A stretch of DNA of 64,000 bases from the human T2T-CHM13v2.0 reference genome, Homo sapiens: NCBI RefSeq assembly GCF_009914755.1, contig NC_060947.1. One strand, given 5' to 3'. The translations under genes and the position numbers were made by a program. This document shows, piece by piece, positions 28,816-43,796 of this stretch. Under the pieces are notes generated by a model. The model was not told the DNA's origin and searched no databases. It worked only from the letters and a program-made list of their open reading frames with translations. Numbering within the stretch: position 1 is the first letter of the stretch; the number at the start of each line of letters is the position of its first letter.

Positions 28816-29259
28816 GACTTAATGAGATATTTTTTCCTCTCAGGAATACAAGCTTAGCTCAATATTAAGATATTGCTTAATGTAATGCAACATATCAATA
28901 GATATAAAGCAAAAATCATAGGATTATCTATACCGATGCTAAAACTCCTTTACCATAACTTAACACCTGCTCAAAATAAAGCACTCAAAGATAAGAATTG
29001 TGATGTACTCTTTTTATACAGTAAAATACATGTACCTTTGTCCTAAAGCTAGTATCTTGATGTTGAAACACTACAGGATTTTTACTAACATCAGGAACAC
29101 GGCAAGAGTTGCCACTATCATTACTACTGTTCAAAAATGCACTGGAATTAATATCCAATGCAATTAGACAAAAAAATCATTTGGACACATAGGATGAGTA
29201 TAGAAATAAGACTTTATGTGCAGAGAATATGATGGTGTACATGAAGAAGTCTAAATAAT

Positions 29260-29772
29260 TTTATTAGTCCGTGTTTCCCAGAAAAACACAAGTAGTAGTA
29301 TACTATATATATACTATAATTGTGTGAACCAATTCCACTACTATAATCGTGTGAACCATTACTCTACAATTCACAATTATGGAGTCTGAGAAGTCCCATG
29401 ATCTGCCATTTACAAGCTGGAGGCCCAGGAAATCCAGTGGTGTAGTATAATTCGGTCTGCGCCTGAAGGAACAAACACCAGAGAACCAAGTGAGCCAATG
29501 GTGTAAATCTCAGTCTGAGTACTAGAGACAATGAGGCAAAATGTTTCCATTCAAGCAGGCAGTCAGTAAGGGGTGAATTCTTTCTTCTTCTACCTTTTGT
29601 TCTCTTCAAGTCCTCAGTAGATTGGACGATACATTCTGGAGATCAATCTACTGAGTCTATGGATTCAAATGCTAGCATCCTCCTGAAACACCCTCAAAGA
29701 CACATCCCATAATAATGTTTAATCTAGTTACTCTGTAGTAAGTCAAGTTGACACATAAAATTAACCAACACA
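29260..29772 (-). mobile_element. MLT2 (B/C-type) ERVL solo LTR
   Basis: Ends agtcaagttgacacataaaattaaccaacaca (reverse complement of the MLT2 start); TSD ATAAT (29255-29259, 29773-29777). Confidence 0.85.
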
Positions 29773-31613
29773 ATAATCAATAATAATACTAAAACCATAA
29801 AATAATAAATCAGTAGTACTTAAAATTAATGTACAATTAACATTAAATAGTTTTTATACACACCCCAAAATAGCCAATTAGATGATATAATAGTGGAGAA
29901 AACCACATATAAAATAGCAACAAAAAAGATTAATACTTAGGAATAAACAACATGAAATGTAAAAAACTACAGTATATGATAAAAATGTTACAATGCTACT
30001 GAAAGATAAAGTAGTTTGAGCAAATGGAAAGGTATCACCTGTAATTGGATTGGATGTCTCAAAATTATGAAGATATTAATTGTGTCTAGATTAATATATA
30101 GATTTAATGTAATCCCAATATATATGCCAACAAGCTCTTTAATGGATTTTGAAATGTTGATATTGTTAGGGAGGACTAGCCCTGCCAGGCATTTAAAAAA
30201 TTCTATATAGTTCAAAGTGTGATAATAACAGATGACAATTTGGCAAGTGAAATGAAATAGAAAGCCCACATATACACCCAAGTATATATGGAAATTTAGT
30301 GCTTTGCAAATCTCTGAGGCAAATGATGACGTCTTAATAAATGGTGCTAGAATAACTAAGTAGCCATTTGGAAAATGGTAAAAGTTGATTCATACTTCAA
30401 ACATACACAAGGAAAAACTCCAAAGGGTTAGATCACTAAATATAAAAAATGAAAACCCAGAAGTACTACAAAAAGACATGGGTGAATTCCTCAACAAATG
30501 TTGCTGGATTAACAGGTTATACCTACAGACAAAAATGAACTTCAACCTAGGTTTCACAACTTGGACAAATATGAACTCAAAATGGATTTGGTAATTATAT
30601 GTAAAATGTAAAATTGTAAAACTTTTTAAAAATTAGAAACATTCAAAATCCAGGTCTAGGTAGAGTTTTTAGAGGTAACATCAAGTATAATTACATAGAT
30701 ACATTGAAAGTAAAAATAAAAAAATTAAAAAGAAGACATATCAGGCAAACCTCAATTTTGAAAAAAGCAGAACTGACTATAGTAGTGTAAGACAAAATAG
30801 ATTTCATGAAAAGAAATGTACTAGGAACAAAGAGGGGCATTATGCAGTGACAGAATTATCGACCCACCAGGAAAATGTAGTAATACTAAATATGTATGTA
30901 GCAAACAACTAGAACTTCAAATTCTTGAAGGAAAACCTGATAGTATTAAAAGGAGAAAGAGACAAATCCACAATTATATTTGGGATTTTCAGCACTGAAT
31001 GTTCCATAATTGATAAATCTACTGAACTGAATATGAGAAAATATTTAGAAGAACTGAGCATCACCGTCAAACAGCAGGATTTAGTTGATGCTCACTGATC
31101 AATCCACCCAATAACAGTAAGTTAGACATTATCTTGGATCATAAAGCAAACTTCACCAAATTTAAAATCATAGAAATCATACAGTGACTGATTTCAGAAT
31201 ATAAAGAAATTGAACTCAAAATCAATAATGAAAAGAAAATACAAAAGTTTTCACACACTTGAAATTCAAATAACTTATTTCTAAATAATCCGTAGTTACA
31301 AGTCAAACATTAAATGAATAAAATATACATAGAACTGGATGAAAGTTAAAATGCAAAATGTTAAAATATGTGATATGTAGATAACATGCGAGGGAAACTT
31401 ATAGCTTTAAATGCTTACATTATAAAAGAAGAACACTCAAATCAATAATCTAAGTTTCCACCTGAAGAAACCAGAAAAACAAGCACAAAAATAAATCCAA
31501 AGCTAGCAGTAGGAAGGAAATAGTAAAGATAAGAGCAAATATAAATGAAATTGAAAATAGAAAAATAATGAAAAAATGGGAAAAAATACTAGATATGCAA
31601 ACATAATTAAATC

Positions 31614-31906
31614 AGTCAGGCACGGTGGCCTACACCTGTAATTTCAGTACTCTGGGAGGCCAAAGCAGATGGGTTGCTTGAGCCCAGGAGTTTGAGACCA
31701 GCCTGGGCAACATGGCAAAACATTCTTTCTACCAAAAATACAAAAATTAGCCAGGCATGGTGGCATGCACCTGTAGTCCCAGCTACTCAGGGGGCTGCCA
31801 GGCAGGCAAAGGGGGAAGACTCCCTTGAGCCCATGAGGTCAACACTACAATGAGCCATGATCACACCACTGCACTCCAGCCTGGGTGACAGAGTGAGACT
31901 CTGAAA

Positions 31907-31945
<39 letters not shown>

Positions 31946-31946
31946 A
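31614..31946 (+). mobile_element. AluJ with (TAAA)n tail
   Basis: ttgcttgagcccaggagtttgagaccagcctgggcaac (J-type). Confidence 0.92.
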
Positions 31947-31997
31947 TTTTAATAAATCTGTAGCAATACCACAAAAGATAAAACAGAAAGAAAACTC

Positions 31998-32335
31998 AGG
32001 TGGGGTGCGGTGGCTCACACCTGTAATCCCAGCACTTTGGGAGGTTGAGGTGCGCAGGTCACTTGAGGTCAGGAGTTCTAGACCAGCCTGACCAATGTGG
32101 TGAAGCCCAGTCTCTACTAAACAAACAAAAAATAGCCAGGCGTGGTGGTGGGTGCCTATAATCCCAGCTACTTGGGAGGCTGAGGCAGGAGAATTGTTTG
32201 AACCCGGGAGGTGGAGGCAGAGGTGCAGGCAGATGTGGAGGCAGAGGCTGAGGTGGAGGCAGAGGCCGAGGCAGAGGCTGCAGTGAGCCGAGATCGTGCC
32301 ACTGCACTCTGGGTGACAGAGGGAGACTCCATCAA
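31998..32335 (+). mobile_element. AluS with internal repeat expansion in the right arm
   Basis: Alu dimer; 32208-32280 repeats gaggtggaggca/gaggcagagg units. Confidence 0.92.
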
Positions 32336-32555
32336 AAGAAGAGAAAAGAAAGAAAAGAAAATAAAAGAAAACAAAAGAAAAGAAGAAAAGAAAAGAGAGA
32401 AAGAGAGAGAAAAAGGAAGGAAGGAAAGAAGGAAGGAAGGAAGGTAGGAAGGAAGGAAGGAAAGAAGGGAGAAAGAAAGAAAAAGAGAGAAAAAAGAAAG
32501 AAAGGAAGAAAGGAAGGAAGGAAAGAAGGAAGGAAGGAAGGAGGGAAGGGAGAGA
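32334..32555. repeat. Polypurine (AAAG/GGAA)n tract derived from the Alu tail
   Basis: About 220 bp almost entirely A/G. Confidence 0.95.
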
Positions 32556-33485
32556 CAAGACTGTAATCACCAAATAAGAACGTGACAGTTGATATCATAA
32601 CAGATCCTACAGTCATTAAAAGAATAAAAAGGGAAAGGTGGATAATAAAGAAGTACTACAAATAAAATTATGCTCATAAATTTATCAACTTTGAAAAAAA
32701 GAGACCAATTCCTCAAATGCCACAAAGTAATATAACTCAGCTAAGATAACATATATAACTTGAAGAGCCTTATAACATTTAAATGAGATAAATTTATAAT
32801 TAAAGATCTCCCAAATAAGAAAGGTTCAGGCACAAATGAATTCACAGAATTTTACCAAACATTTACAGAAGAATCAACATCAGATTTACATAATCTTTTT
32901 CAGAAAATAAAAGAGGAAGGAACACTTCTCCCCAGCTCATTTTTGAAGCCAGTTTTACCCTGACAGTACTGTAAGACAAACAGCGTTAAAACATTGAAAA
33001 CTACAAACGAATATCTCTCATAATCTTAGATGCAAAAATTCACATCAACATTTTAGCAAATAAAATCTGGCGATGTATAAAAGAATATTGTATCACATTG
33101 TACAGATAGAGAATAGGTCAGTCATTGCCAAGTATTAAGGATGGTAGATAGGGTGAATTTGGCTAGAAAGGGATACAAGGGAGTTTAATGATGATGGCAT
33201 AACTCAGTGTGATTATGGCTGTGGCTACATGAAACTGCACATGTGACAAGCTTGTGTAGAATTATACGCTCACATAAACACACAAATGATTGCATGCATC
33301 ATTGGTGAAATCTGAATGAGCTCTACGAATTGTACCAATGTAAATTTCCTGGTTTTGATATTGTACTATAATTATGAAAGACATTAACTTTGGGATAGAT
33401 TGGTAATGGGTGCAGGGGACCTCCCTGTACATGTCTTTGAATCTTCTTTTAAATCTATATTTATTTCAAAATAAAAGAATTTAAA

Positions 33486-35445
33486 GGAGTGGTATGGAAT
33501 GATTTATATATTATTAAGAAAATAAGCAAAATGCTAAAAAAAATCTACAGTATACTATCCTTGCTGTAAAAATGATGAAGACATGAGAAAGAAATACATG
33601 TTTTTGCTTAGGTTTGAAAAAGACATACAGAAGAGATTAACCAAAAGCTAATGAGTTTGGAAACAGAGTTGAATGAGTAGATAATGAGAGCAAGTTATTG
33701 GAAAAGATGAAAAGGTTAGTAGGTATGAAGAGTGAGTGGCATTACTCTCAGTGTACCGTTTTTATAGCTGTGATTATTAAAATCATAGTTATGTTTCACA
33801 TACTGCCCCAAAATTAATATATAATGTTCACCATTTTGGGAGACAATGAAAAATGGATGACAAACAATAACAAACAAACCTACCTATATTAAAATGAATG
33901 GCATTATCATGCGGAACATGGTAGAGAAGAAAATAACTATCTTAAATAATTTTGGGAAAGAGGGTTGTAACAATATATTTTAATAATAAAGGCAAAAAGA
34001 ATTTACATAATTATTGAACTCTACACAGTAAGTGTGTTTATCACAGGATATGGCTTAAAATTATGTTATGTTTAAACTTATAATTGAATAAATATATATA
34101 CTACGAGTAACAATAGCCAGATTTCTAACTATTGAAAAAAAAGGACTTACAAATAAGGCCAGAGGGAAAGCAAGAATAAACTCTGTATTTTAGACTGGGA
34201 TCCCAGGTATCAGTATGGTTTTTAACATAGAGTCAGATGCATGCATATCAAAATGATTATAAACGTATTTATTTGTATATCAGTATACATATGTGTACTT
34301 ACTAGCTCTGTTTGCTTATGGGGCCTAGAAATAATGATGCTCTGGTAGCAATGAGCATACCTAACACTCAAATGTTAATTCTAAATATCATTATCTAACA
34401 GGAAAAAAAAGCAAGGCTCCTTGGAGAAATGGTAATTTCAGGACTTGGGCCGGAAACCTATAAAATGAGTCTGGAAAACCTCACAAGAGAATAAGAAAGA
34501 ACTCAAAAAATGATAAAGCTTATTAAAACAACATAAAAAAGTAATAAAAGCTATAATAATAACATCAGGTTATAACCTATAGAATAAAATAAAATAAATA
34601 TTCATGAGTCCAAACAGATAGAGATAAAAATGTAATGAATAAATAAATATACGAGGGGGATTGATAAGTCTTCCTGGAGGTAAGAATTCCAATTAGTAAC
34701 TGTGGAATGAATGATGGAAATAAAACATTATCATTAGAATACCAAAGTCATTGTTGCATACGAGAATCACCAATGGATGCTAAAATCAGTGACAGAAAGT
34801 ACGGTGAGAAACAGGATATTTGCATAGTCTCAATTATTTTTCTACAATATTTGCATAGACTACAAAGATGAATGACTTTACAGGGTAGAATCCTGGCTGA
34901 TACCTTTTGCAACAAAATGATTAAAGTGAATATGGCCACTAATAAGGCATATAAAAATCAATGTCCCCTGATTAGATGCACTAAGATGGGTCTATCACCT
35001 CTGTAGTGTTCTCGCAAAAGCTATGTTACCTTAATCTAATCCTGAGTAAATGTCAAACAAACCTAAATTGAGAAAATTTCCTTCAAAAAATGACCAGAAT
35101 TCTTCAAAAATGCCAAGGTTATAAGTGACAAGGAAAAACTGAAGAATTGTCACAGTCCAGAAGAGGCTAAGGAGACGTGGCAACCACTGTGCAATGTGAG
35201 ATAATGAGTTGGATCCTGAACAGAAGAGGAATATTCATATGAACAATAGTGGAATTTGAATAATGTCTACAGATATGTTAACAGTATTGTATCAATATTA
35301 TGTTCTGGTTTCTGTAATTGTACCATCATTATATACGATGATTACATTAGGAAAAGCCAGGCGAACGTGTTTGGGAATTCTCTGTACCATTTTGGAAAAT
35401 TTTCTGTAAGTCCAAAATAATTTTAAAATTTAAAAAGTCTGAAAA
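33486..35445 (+). mobile_element. L1MC3/4-like 3'UTR
   Basis: caccaatggatgctaaaatcagtg...aggatatttgcatagtctc and terminal ttttctgtaagtccaaaataa. Confidence 0.7.
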
Positions 35446-36003
35446 AGTCTAAAGACAATTTACATAACGGGAAGAAATTTTGACAAAATATATAACAAAC
35501 ACCATATCCCTATAGAGAGATCATCTTCAACATAAGAAAGAAAAGGCACATTATCTAAAAGATGAGCAAAGGTGGATATAGGCAATTCAGAGCAGAGGAA
35601 ATGCAAATAGTCAATTAGCATATAACAAGATCCTCAATCTCACTAGTAACAAAGGACTGCAAATCAAAATGATAAAGTGCAATTTTTTATCTAGCAGACT
35701 AAATACATATATAAATTAACAAGGCCAGCATTACTGAAGTTATGAGACAGTGGGAAATTTCACTATTTTTGGTGGGATTATTTAATGCCTCATCCACATT
35801 GCAGTGACATTTAACAATGCCATTCAATATTTTAAATGTACATACTCTGACCCAGCAATTAGACTTCTGATAAATAATTTTATACAATGTGCTCATTAGT
35901 ACACATTAGTTGGTTATAGGAAAAACTGGCTATACTTTGTTTTTCCAAATGTCCAGTGTTATAGAACTAGTAACATAATCAGCTGTTAAAAATGAGAAAA
36001 ATG

Positions 36004-36311
36004 GGCCGGGCGCGGTGGCTCCTGCCTGTAATCCCAGTACTTTGGAAGGCCGAGGTGGGCGGATCACGAGGTCAGGAGATCAAGACCATCCTGGGTAACA
36101 CGGTGAAACCCCGTCTCTACTAAAAATAGAAAAAACTAGCTGGGCTTGGTGGTGGGCACCTGTAGTCCCACCTACTCAGGAGGCTGAGGCGTGAATCCGG
36201 GAGGCGGAGCTTGCAGTGAGCCGAGAGGGCACCACTGCACTCCAGCCTGGGTGACAGAGTGAGACTCTGTCTCAAAAAAAATACATAAATAAATAAATTA
36301 ATTAATTAATT
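36004..36311 (+). mobile_element. AluY/Sc-type Alu with 15-bp TSD
   Basis: ggatcacgaggtcaggagatc; TSD aaaatgagaaaaatg (35989-36003, 36312-36326); sits in L1ME-like remnants. Confidence 0.93.
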
Positions 36312-39300
36312 AAAATGAGAAAAATGTAAACCCATATATTTGGGCAGTGGATTATATCCATGATATTGCTGGGTAACAAAAACAAGTTTAGAGAATATTT
36401 AAAATATAAAACTATTCCTGTAAAAATACTGTGAGTGTATGTGTGTGTGTGCATACACACGTATAAAAGCATACTGGTAGAAACAGGGTCTGCAAGCATG
36501 CATATTTAAAAATGTTAACAGTGTTTATTCCGGTGGAGTAGAATTAGAAATGGATGAATTTCTATTTTTTGCTATGTATTTGAAAATTTTGGATTTTCAG
36601 CAAGAAGCATGTATTACTTTTGAAACAAAAATAAAAATGTATGTATCTTATACATCTGAATCTTGTTCTTTGAGGCTAACCAAACTGATACACTATTTGA
36701 TGTAAAATCTGTGACACTGATATTAATAGATCACTATGTTTACCCACTCCAGGATTATATGTATTCTTTTACACAGTGTGACTTGACTATAACATCGGGA
36801 GTTTCAGTATACATGAAAAAAAGATTTTAAAAGAAGATATTTTGGGAAATGGTTAAAACTGATTATAAAGGTAGCCATTTACTCTATATTTACAAACTTC
36901 TCTGATACGATCTTCGATTCATTTTTTTTTACTTTCCACCTACTTCTGCAATTCTTTCTGCCACTTTTCCTTTCCCAAGCATTGACCAGATAATGAATAA
37001 AAACTTGATGTCAATTTACAAAATTTCCCACAAAATTTGATGTGAACTTGAGGTTCATTAATACTAAATGAATACTCAACTTCCAGAACCTTATGGTAAT
37101 AACAATGAAATCCATTAGCTAATAGATATTGAATGAACTACAGCTTTAATAAGATTATGTATCTGTTTATGAACATGAAACTTTTGTAACTTGAATAATT
37201 GTTGCGTTTATGAAATCTCCATGTGTGACTAGGATTGTATTAATAATTGATTTCAAATAATGTGCTACTAACTCTGAAGACTTTTAGATTTTTGCAATTT
37301 TTGTTGTTCAGATAAAACATGTTATATTCATTAATGTTACTTTGCAACTTATTTTTACTAACTTTCATATTACACTTTTAAAAGACTATTTTAATAGTAA
37401 AGCCACTTATTAGTAGTGTCAACTTTTAGTGGGTAGTGCCTGGAAGGAGATACATGGAGGTCTTATAGGGTTCTAATAATGTTCTGTATCTTTATATAAG
37501 TACTTGGTCACACAGATATGTGAAATTTGTGAATATTCATAAACAGAATGCTTATAATTGTACTAAGATAGTAAGTATGCTTTTTATACACTGATATAGA
37601 AATATTCCATGAAATTATTATATGACAGAGAAAGATACAGAATAATGTGTATAAAAACTAAACTTACGTAAAGAAATAGAAAGCAACAAAAATACAGTAT
37701 CAATGATATTATACTTGTATATGCATAAATAAATTCTGGAAGAATACCCCAACCAAATAATACTGATGGCCTCTAGGAGAGTAACTGGATATCTGGTGAT
37801 TAGGGGTTGGCAAGGAGAACTTTTAGTATGTTCTATTTTTCATCATTTAAAATGTGAATTATGAATTTGTTACCTATTGCAAAATAACTAAAATTTTAAA
37901 ATAAGAAATATGAAGGCTGAAGAAACAGTAAAATGAAAAGGTACAGGTTTATTTTATTTTGTACTGTTTACCCTTTGTTTGACTTCCCTTTTCCTTCTCT
38001 TTCTCCTTATAATCTTTCTCTTCTGTTTGCTCTTCTTTCTCTCTCTCTTATCCTCCACTTCACACAAGTTCTCAATCTTGCTGTTGTTGAAGAAAAGCAG
38101 ATGTCTGGTCTTTAACATCAGATAAAATGTTGATAAAAACCCTTGCAAGTCGCTATCAAGAAACAGAGAGTGTAACTTTAGACTATTAGAAGGGTGGAGG
38201 GCAATTTGCATATATATATATATAGCTTCTCTAAACAACATTGACTAGTGACAACTAGTTTGACAACTGGTTTCACAAGTTCAAGCCAAACTTTTAGACA
38301 TAATAGCTACAATTTCTGGTAAAAAGCTTCACATGTAAAAGTTGTGTTTTATAACAAAAGCAAAGCTTCAAGATCTTCTAATTCCTTAGCCTAATTGCTC
38401 TTGTGTGTATTTAAGCCAAGGGTTTCATCAACAAATTCAATCTCAGGTCTTTAGTTTCAATTAATACTGACCCATAAAGAGTTAATTTTCATGCATGATT
38501 TATAATGGTCTTACCATGCAAGCACATAAAAATATTAGTTACATCAAGGACCAACCTCTACTAATAGTCCAGTACTGTATCATGCTTTGCATTTCCAGTA
38601 TTTTTTGTTTGGTTGAAGTAAGCATCCACACAGAACAGCAATAATACTTGTGCCATTCAGTTATTGATTTTTTTTTTTTAGATAACTTGTGAGTGCTTTC
38701 TGCTTTAATATTTTTGATCTGTAAAGTTCCAGAATTATTGTAACCTACTAGCTGATTCATAAGAATTTGTTTGGAAAAAAATTATTATATGTTGTTGAGT
38801 GAACATATTTCAATCTTACATTTTTAAAAAAAATACAAAATTCTAAGAAAAACATCCCTTCATATAAATATGAATGAAAAACAGGACAAGAACTCATTAA
38901 CTGGGTAGTATAAAGGTAGATATGTTCTAAGTAAGTAACATTCTGCTATTTAAAGACAAACATTACCCTGAGTTTTGCTTAAGCTATTTGAGAAGACAAG
39001 ACCAAAATTCACAAATTGTAGTTTTCTTGTTTGTAGAAAAATGTGGTAGGAAACTTCTTCAGAAGATAAACCTTTGCTATTATCTCTAACATAAAAATAT
39101 CACTTTTTCCTGGTTTACAATTTTGAGGAAACTTTTTCATTATAGTTTTTACATGTAAATTTATGGATGTCTAATTACTATGTTTTAAAAATAAGAAATG
39201 ATTAAAGCCCTAAAAACAAATTGTGGTGTTTAAGAAGACTTAAATTAATTACACAATATCATGGACATTATTCTTTGACTTCTACTGGTCCAGATCATAT

Positions 39301-39769
39301 TTAAAAAGATAAATACACAAATATATGTACCCCCTCCAAATGCTTTCGTCAATTGACATTTTGGTGTGGTAAAATACCTCTCACCAATGTAATACACTTT
39401 AATAGATTAGTATAAATTTATCAGATTTCAACTCATCAGGTAAAAAATATAGCCTGTTTAAGAAAATCTTAAATATATATATGGTCAAAATACCTGGTCA
39501 AATTTGAAACAGTTTTAAAACAATAATACATAAATGTCATTTTTTATTTGTTAGCTATTTTAATAAAAATTTAAAAAAATCTTATATACCATATTCTCAT
39601 CCACTCTGGTAAATGATTTGTAAATAAAAATTATGTGTAATGATTATTATAATTTTCAGGTAAAGTGAATCAACCATTCTTTGTTTTCTAAGCTTTACTA
39701 AATTTGAAATAGGATTTATGTTTGAATAATCTCACTAGGCCATTAAGTTATTTAAAAAAATACACAAAA

Positions 39770-40043
39770 CACTTTGGGAGGCTGAGGCAGGCAGATCACT
39801 TGTGCTGAGGAGTTCAAGACCACCCTGGACATCAATAGGAAGACCTTATCTCTACAAAAAATAAAAATAAAAATAAATTAGCTGGGCATAGTGGCATACA
39901 CCTGTAGTCACAGCTAGTTGGCTACTCGGGAAGCTGAGGTAAGAGGATAGCTTGAGCCCAGGAGGTGGAGGTACAGTGAGCCTAGACGGCACCACTGCAC
40001 TGCAGCCTAGACGACCGTGGGAGACACTGTCTCAAAAAAGAAG
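39770..40043 (+). mobile_element. 5'-truncated AluJ
   Basis: cactttgggaggctgaggcaggcagatcacttg...gcttgagcccaggagg. Confidence 0.9.
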
Positions 40044-40465
40044 AGGAGTTATTAAAAAAAAAAAGTTGCCATTATAAATATGCTTTTTGTCAATTCTTGT
40101 ACACTTTGTTCTTTATTATATTGAGGTCTGACTTTTTTCCCTTATTTTTTGTATCTAGTTTATTTTTTCTTGATGGAAAATAACATGATGCAAAAGGTGT
40201 TTTAACATGTAAAAGACATTTTAATATAGCAGAATCAACAAGTAGCACCTTAGTGGCCTGAAAAAAAATTGATTCTTGAAGTGTATTACTCTGATAAATT
40301 TGAAATAAATATATACATAGGCTGATAATAACATTGGCAGGTTATAATATGTAATTGTTTACATGAAAAATGCAACTGAATGTCACTAATCTGTGTTTAA
40401 TTATGGACCAATCCAAAACCCTTCCCTGATCCTAGTGGAAAAACTCATAACTATTATATAGGTCT

Positions 40466-40632
40466 AGAGCTGGCCTCACAAGCATGCAACTTGTTCCCTT
40501 ATACAGGCACTAGGCTTAAAAGGATTCAGCACTTTAATGCACTTGTTGTCCGGAAATTCTGAATAATTTTTTAACAACAGACTCCACATTTTGCATTTTG
40601 TATTGGACCCCCAAACCATGTAATCAATCATT
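40466..40632 (+). mobile_element. MER91A-like hAT fossil
   Basis: gaaattctgaataattttttaacaacagactccacattttgcattttgtattggaccccc resembles recalled MER91A. Confidence 0.55.
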
Positions 40633-42758
40633 TATATGTCCAAAGGGTCAAAGGCCATAAATCTAGACCAGAATGACTAACTAAGATTACCTACATAGCA
40701 AGCTAGGATTACACAAAAATCCAGGATAATCAAGGAAGTTCTAAAAGAAACAAAGAAGGTAAGCTAGGAGAAATGATCAGAAAAAAGAATTTTAGGAATT
40801 GTAGGAGCTATCCTTTCTTGAAAATATTAGGGTGAATTTAACCCGAAATGAATTATACTAATATTAATATATGTAAAACTGGAATCAAATTTCTTCTTAT
40901 GTGTTCCAATTTGAATTGCTGAAATTCATACAGATCTTTAGTCACTCAAATAGAGATGCTTTAATAAGCTATGGAATGTTAAAGAAGTTTCCAGTAACAT
41001 CAAATTGTTCAGCATATGTTCACACCAATGATCTTTGTGTTTGTGGGTTGTTTCTTTTGGTTGGCAACAAGTTTTGGTATATGGATCATAATAAGTTACA
41101 GCCAAGGACTTTCTTCATGTTTGAAATGCATACCTTACAATTTACAGTGGTTTTACTATGAAATGAATCAATTGATAGCTTTAAATTTGCTTTCACAAAT
41201 ATTGGTGGCTTTCTCAACATTGTATTTAACATAGAAAGTTGTCCTTGTATATAAAACCAATAGAATAATTTCCAATCTATGCCATAACTAGTAACATACA
41301 TTCATATTAGAAATGAACACAATCTACTTAAACTCTGAACCTGAGTGTCCTCAGATGAAAATGATAACAATCTATAACTCACAATGCCTAGAACAGCATG
41401 ACACTTTTAAATGGTAGGTCTTGCAACTATTTCAAAATTCTATATTATTCTAGATTGTATATGAAAAATTCCCCTTTACCAATTAAAAGTTCATTTCAAC
41501 CTGAAGGGTTCAAGGTTTTACATCAAATGTAAAGCACTTTGCTTGCACCTTGTATTTATTCTTAAATACAACCCGTTGTATAAAAAATTAAATTTTAAAA
41601 AGTGTGGGGAGAAATGGAGCATAAATAATTTTATACATTTGTTTGAAAAGTTGTCTAATGCAATCAGAAATACATAGTGTCATTTTTCAAGCTTCAAAAC
41701 ACATTGAAACCTGGTAAATGCTAATTTGAGAAAATAAAATTTCCAGCCTGAGTTTCAAGTTCCAATTAGAGTTGCAAAACATGAGTTCTGAATGACTGCA
41801 AAAGTAGGGCGAATATTAATGTCAAACTTCCATCAGGATTGCTTGCATAGCATAGACTTTTATTTATTTGTAATAGCATACCAAGGAAATCACCTGAGAT
41901 AGAACACAAGCAAATCTGTTTAAAGACAATGGATTTGCAAGTATATATCTAATGACTAATTTTAGTAAAGTTTTTCTAAGCTTTTCTGAAAAAAATATGA
42001 ACAAAGCTGTATTAGGAAGCATTAAACTATGTTAAATATTGCAAATAACTTAGGCCAATAAATGTAGAGAAAATATTTTTTATTAATAATAATATGAGTT
42101 GAGTGATTTTATTCAAAGCTGTGAAAAAGCTATTTTAATCGGGAAATTTAATACACCCAACATTATTTTATTCCTCTGTTACTAGATTAGTTTTTCCTTC
42201 CTTTTTTTCCTCCTTGGATGCAGGAAGAGAGTACGTATGTGTCATTCTAGCCATTAGTGAAAAAAGCATGAAGCCTATATAACCTTTCCATCAGCATTCT
42301 TCCCTTCCAAAAGAATTGCCATCACATTTAGCCCAGATTTGCAAAATATGTAGTGATTTGTTTTCAGGCATTGTGGGTAGCTAGTTAACCTCATGTCAGG
42401 TTGTTGGAGAACTCTTCCATCCTCTTACACTCATGCACATGTACACATACATAACATGCAAACACACAGGGCAACTTGAAAATGAAATTATTCTATCAAC
42501 AAATCTTATCTTAAATATGAATTGCTACATCCTCGAAAGAATTTAAGACTTTTATTTAAGGTGTTAAGAATCTTCCCACATACTTCTCCACACATGGGGG
42601 AACAGGAAGAAAGTCTTTCTCATTCTGTTCTTCAGTCAGTTTTCTAGCAGGCCCTATTGTCAGTGTCCTTTGCCATACAATGGTTTGGCATGTAGTCGCT
42701 GAGGAGGAAATGAAAGATATAGAAAGAAATAACATGGTTAAGAGTTCTGGGACTCTTC

Positions 42759-43109
<351 letters not shown>

Positions 43110-43796
43110 CTACTGTCAAAAATGCTAGAGTAATTTTTATTTAGCAATTCATTCACATAAATATTTCAAGAATTTTGTATAAAACTGTTGTGAAATTATC
43201 CCCGAGAAAATTAACTCTCCAAATGGGAGGTACACATATGAATGCATAGCCAAGAAATAATGAAGTGTGTGGCTGTCTTTACCAGTTCACAAGTGCACTG
43301 AAAACACCAGTGTTATAAAACCCAAAGTTAACAGCTTCAATAGTAGAAAGGCCCAAATCCCACAACATGAATATCAATTTTTTCTTGCTAAATAAGCAAA
43401 GTTAATTGTGTAAATATTCATTATATTTTTGAGAGAGTATTGAAGATATTTCCATAGTTTGTAAATCAACAGTGCACATGAGCCTTTTACTAATCCTGTT
43501 TCTGATATTAATATAGCCTTGGAAATGATTTTATATTTATTTTTTCATAGAATTTCTTTTTCCACCTTTTTACTATCACCTATTAGTACCATCATGCTTA
43601 AATTACAACATATAAACAGAATATATTTAGTTGGGTCTGCTTTTGTATTTAATGTTGTCTGATATTAAACTTTATTTCTGCTTTTCCAAATATATATTAG
43701 AAGATAATTTTCATCTGTTTGTTGCATGGTTGGTTAAATTTTTAAACAGAGGAAGACAAAAGAAGCACAATTTCTGTTTCTTAATTTGTTCTATGA

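Larger units (their letters stand above)
28040..30680 (+). mobile_element. Ancient L1M (MC/MD-like) ORF2 remnants
   Basis: A-rich degenerate ORF2; fragment 30016..30210 LIYRFNVIPI resembles ORF2p. Confidence 0.7.
30690..33485 (+). mobile_element. Second old L1M (MB/MC-like) ORF2 5' part joined to a 3'UTR, interrupted by two Alus
   Basis: Degenerate endonuclease-region sequence, jump to 3'UTR near 33095, ends aaaataaaag. Confidence 0.65.

Noticed and set aside
31845-32573. Longest ORF (242 aa, minus strand)
   Set aside because: Reads through an antisense Alu and a pyrimidine microsatellite; low-complexity artefact
38505-38760. Minus-strand donor ATG|GTAAGA near a 73-aa ORF
   Set aside because: Weak acceptor, ORF crosses an A-run, no recognisable protein
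42190-42240. Possible microexon (pyrimidine tract, TGCAG, then gtacgt/gtatgt)
   Set aside because: 7 or 11 nt is not frame-preserving, donors are weak, and no host gene is evident
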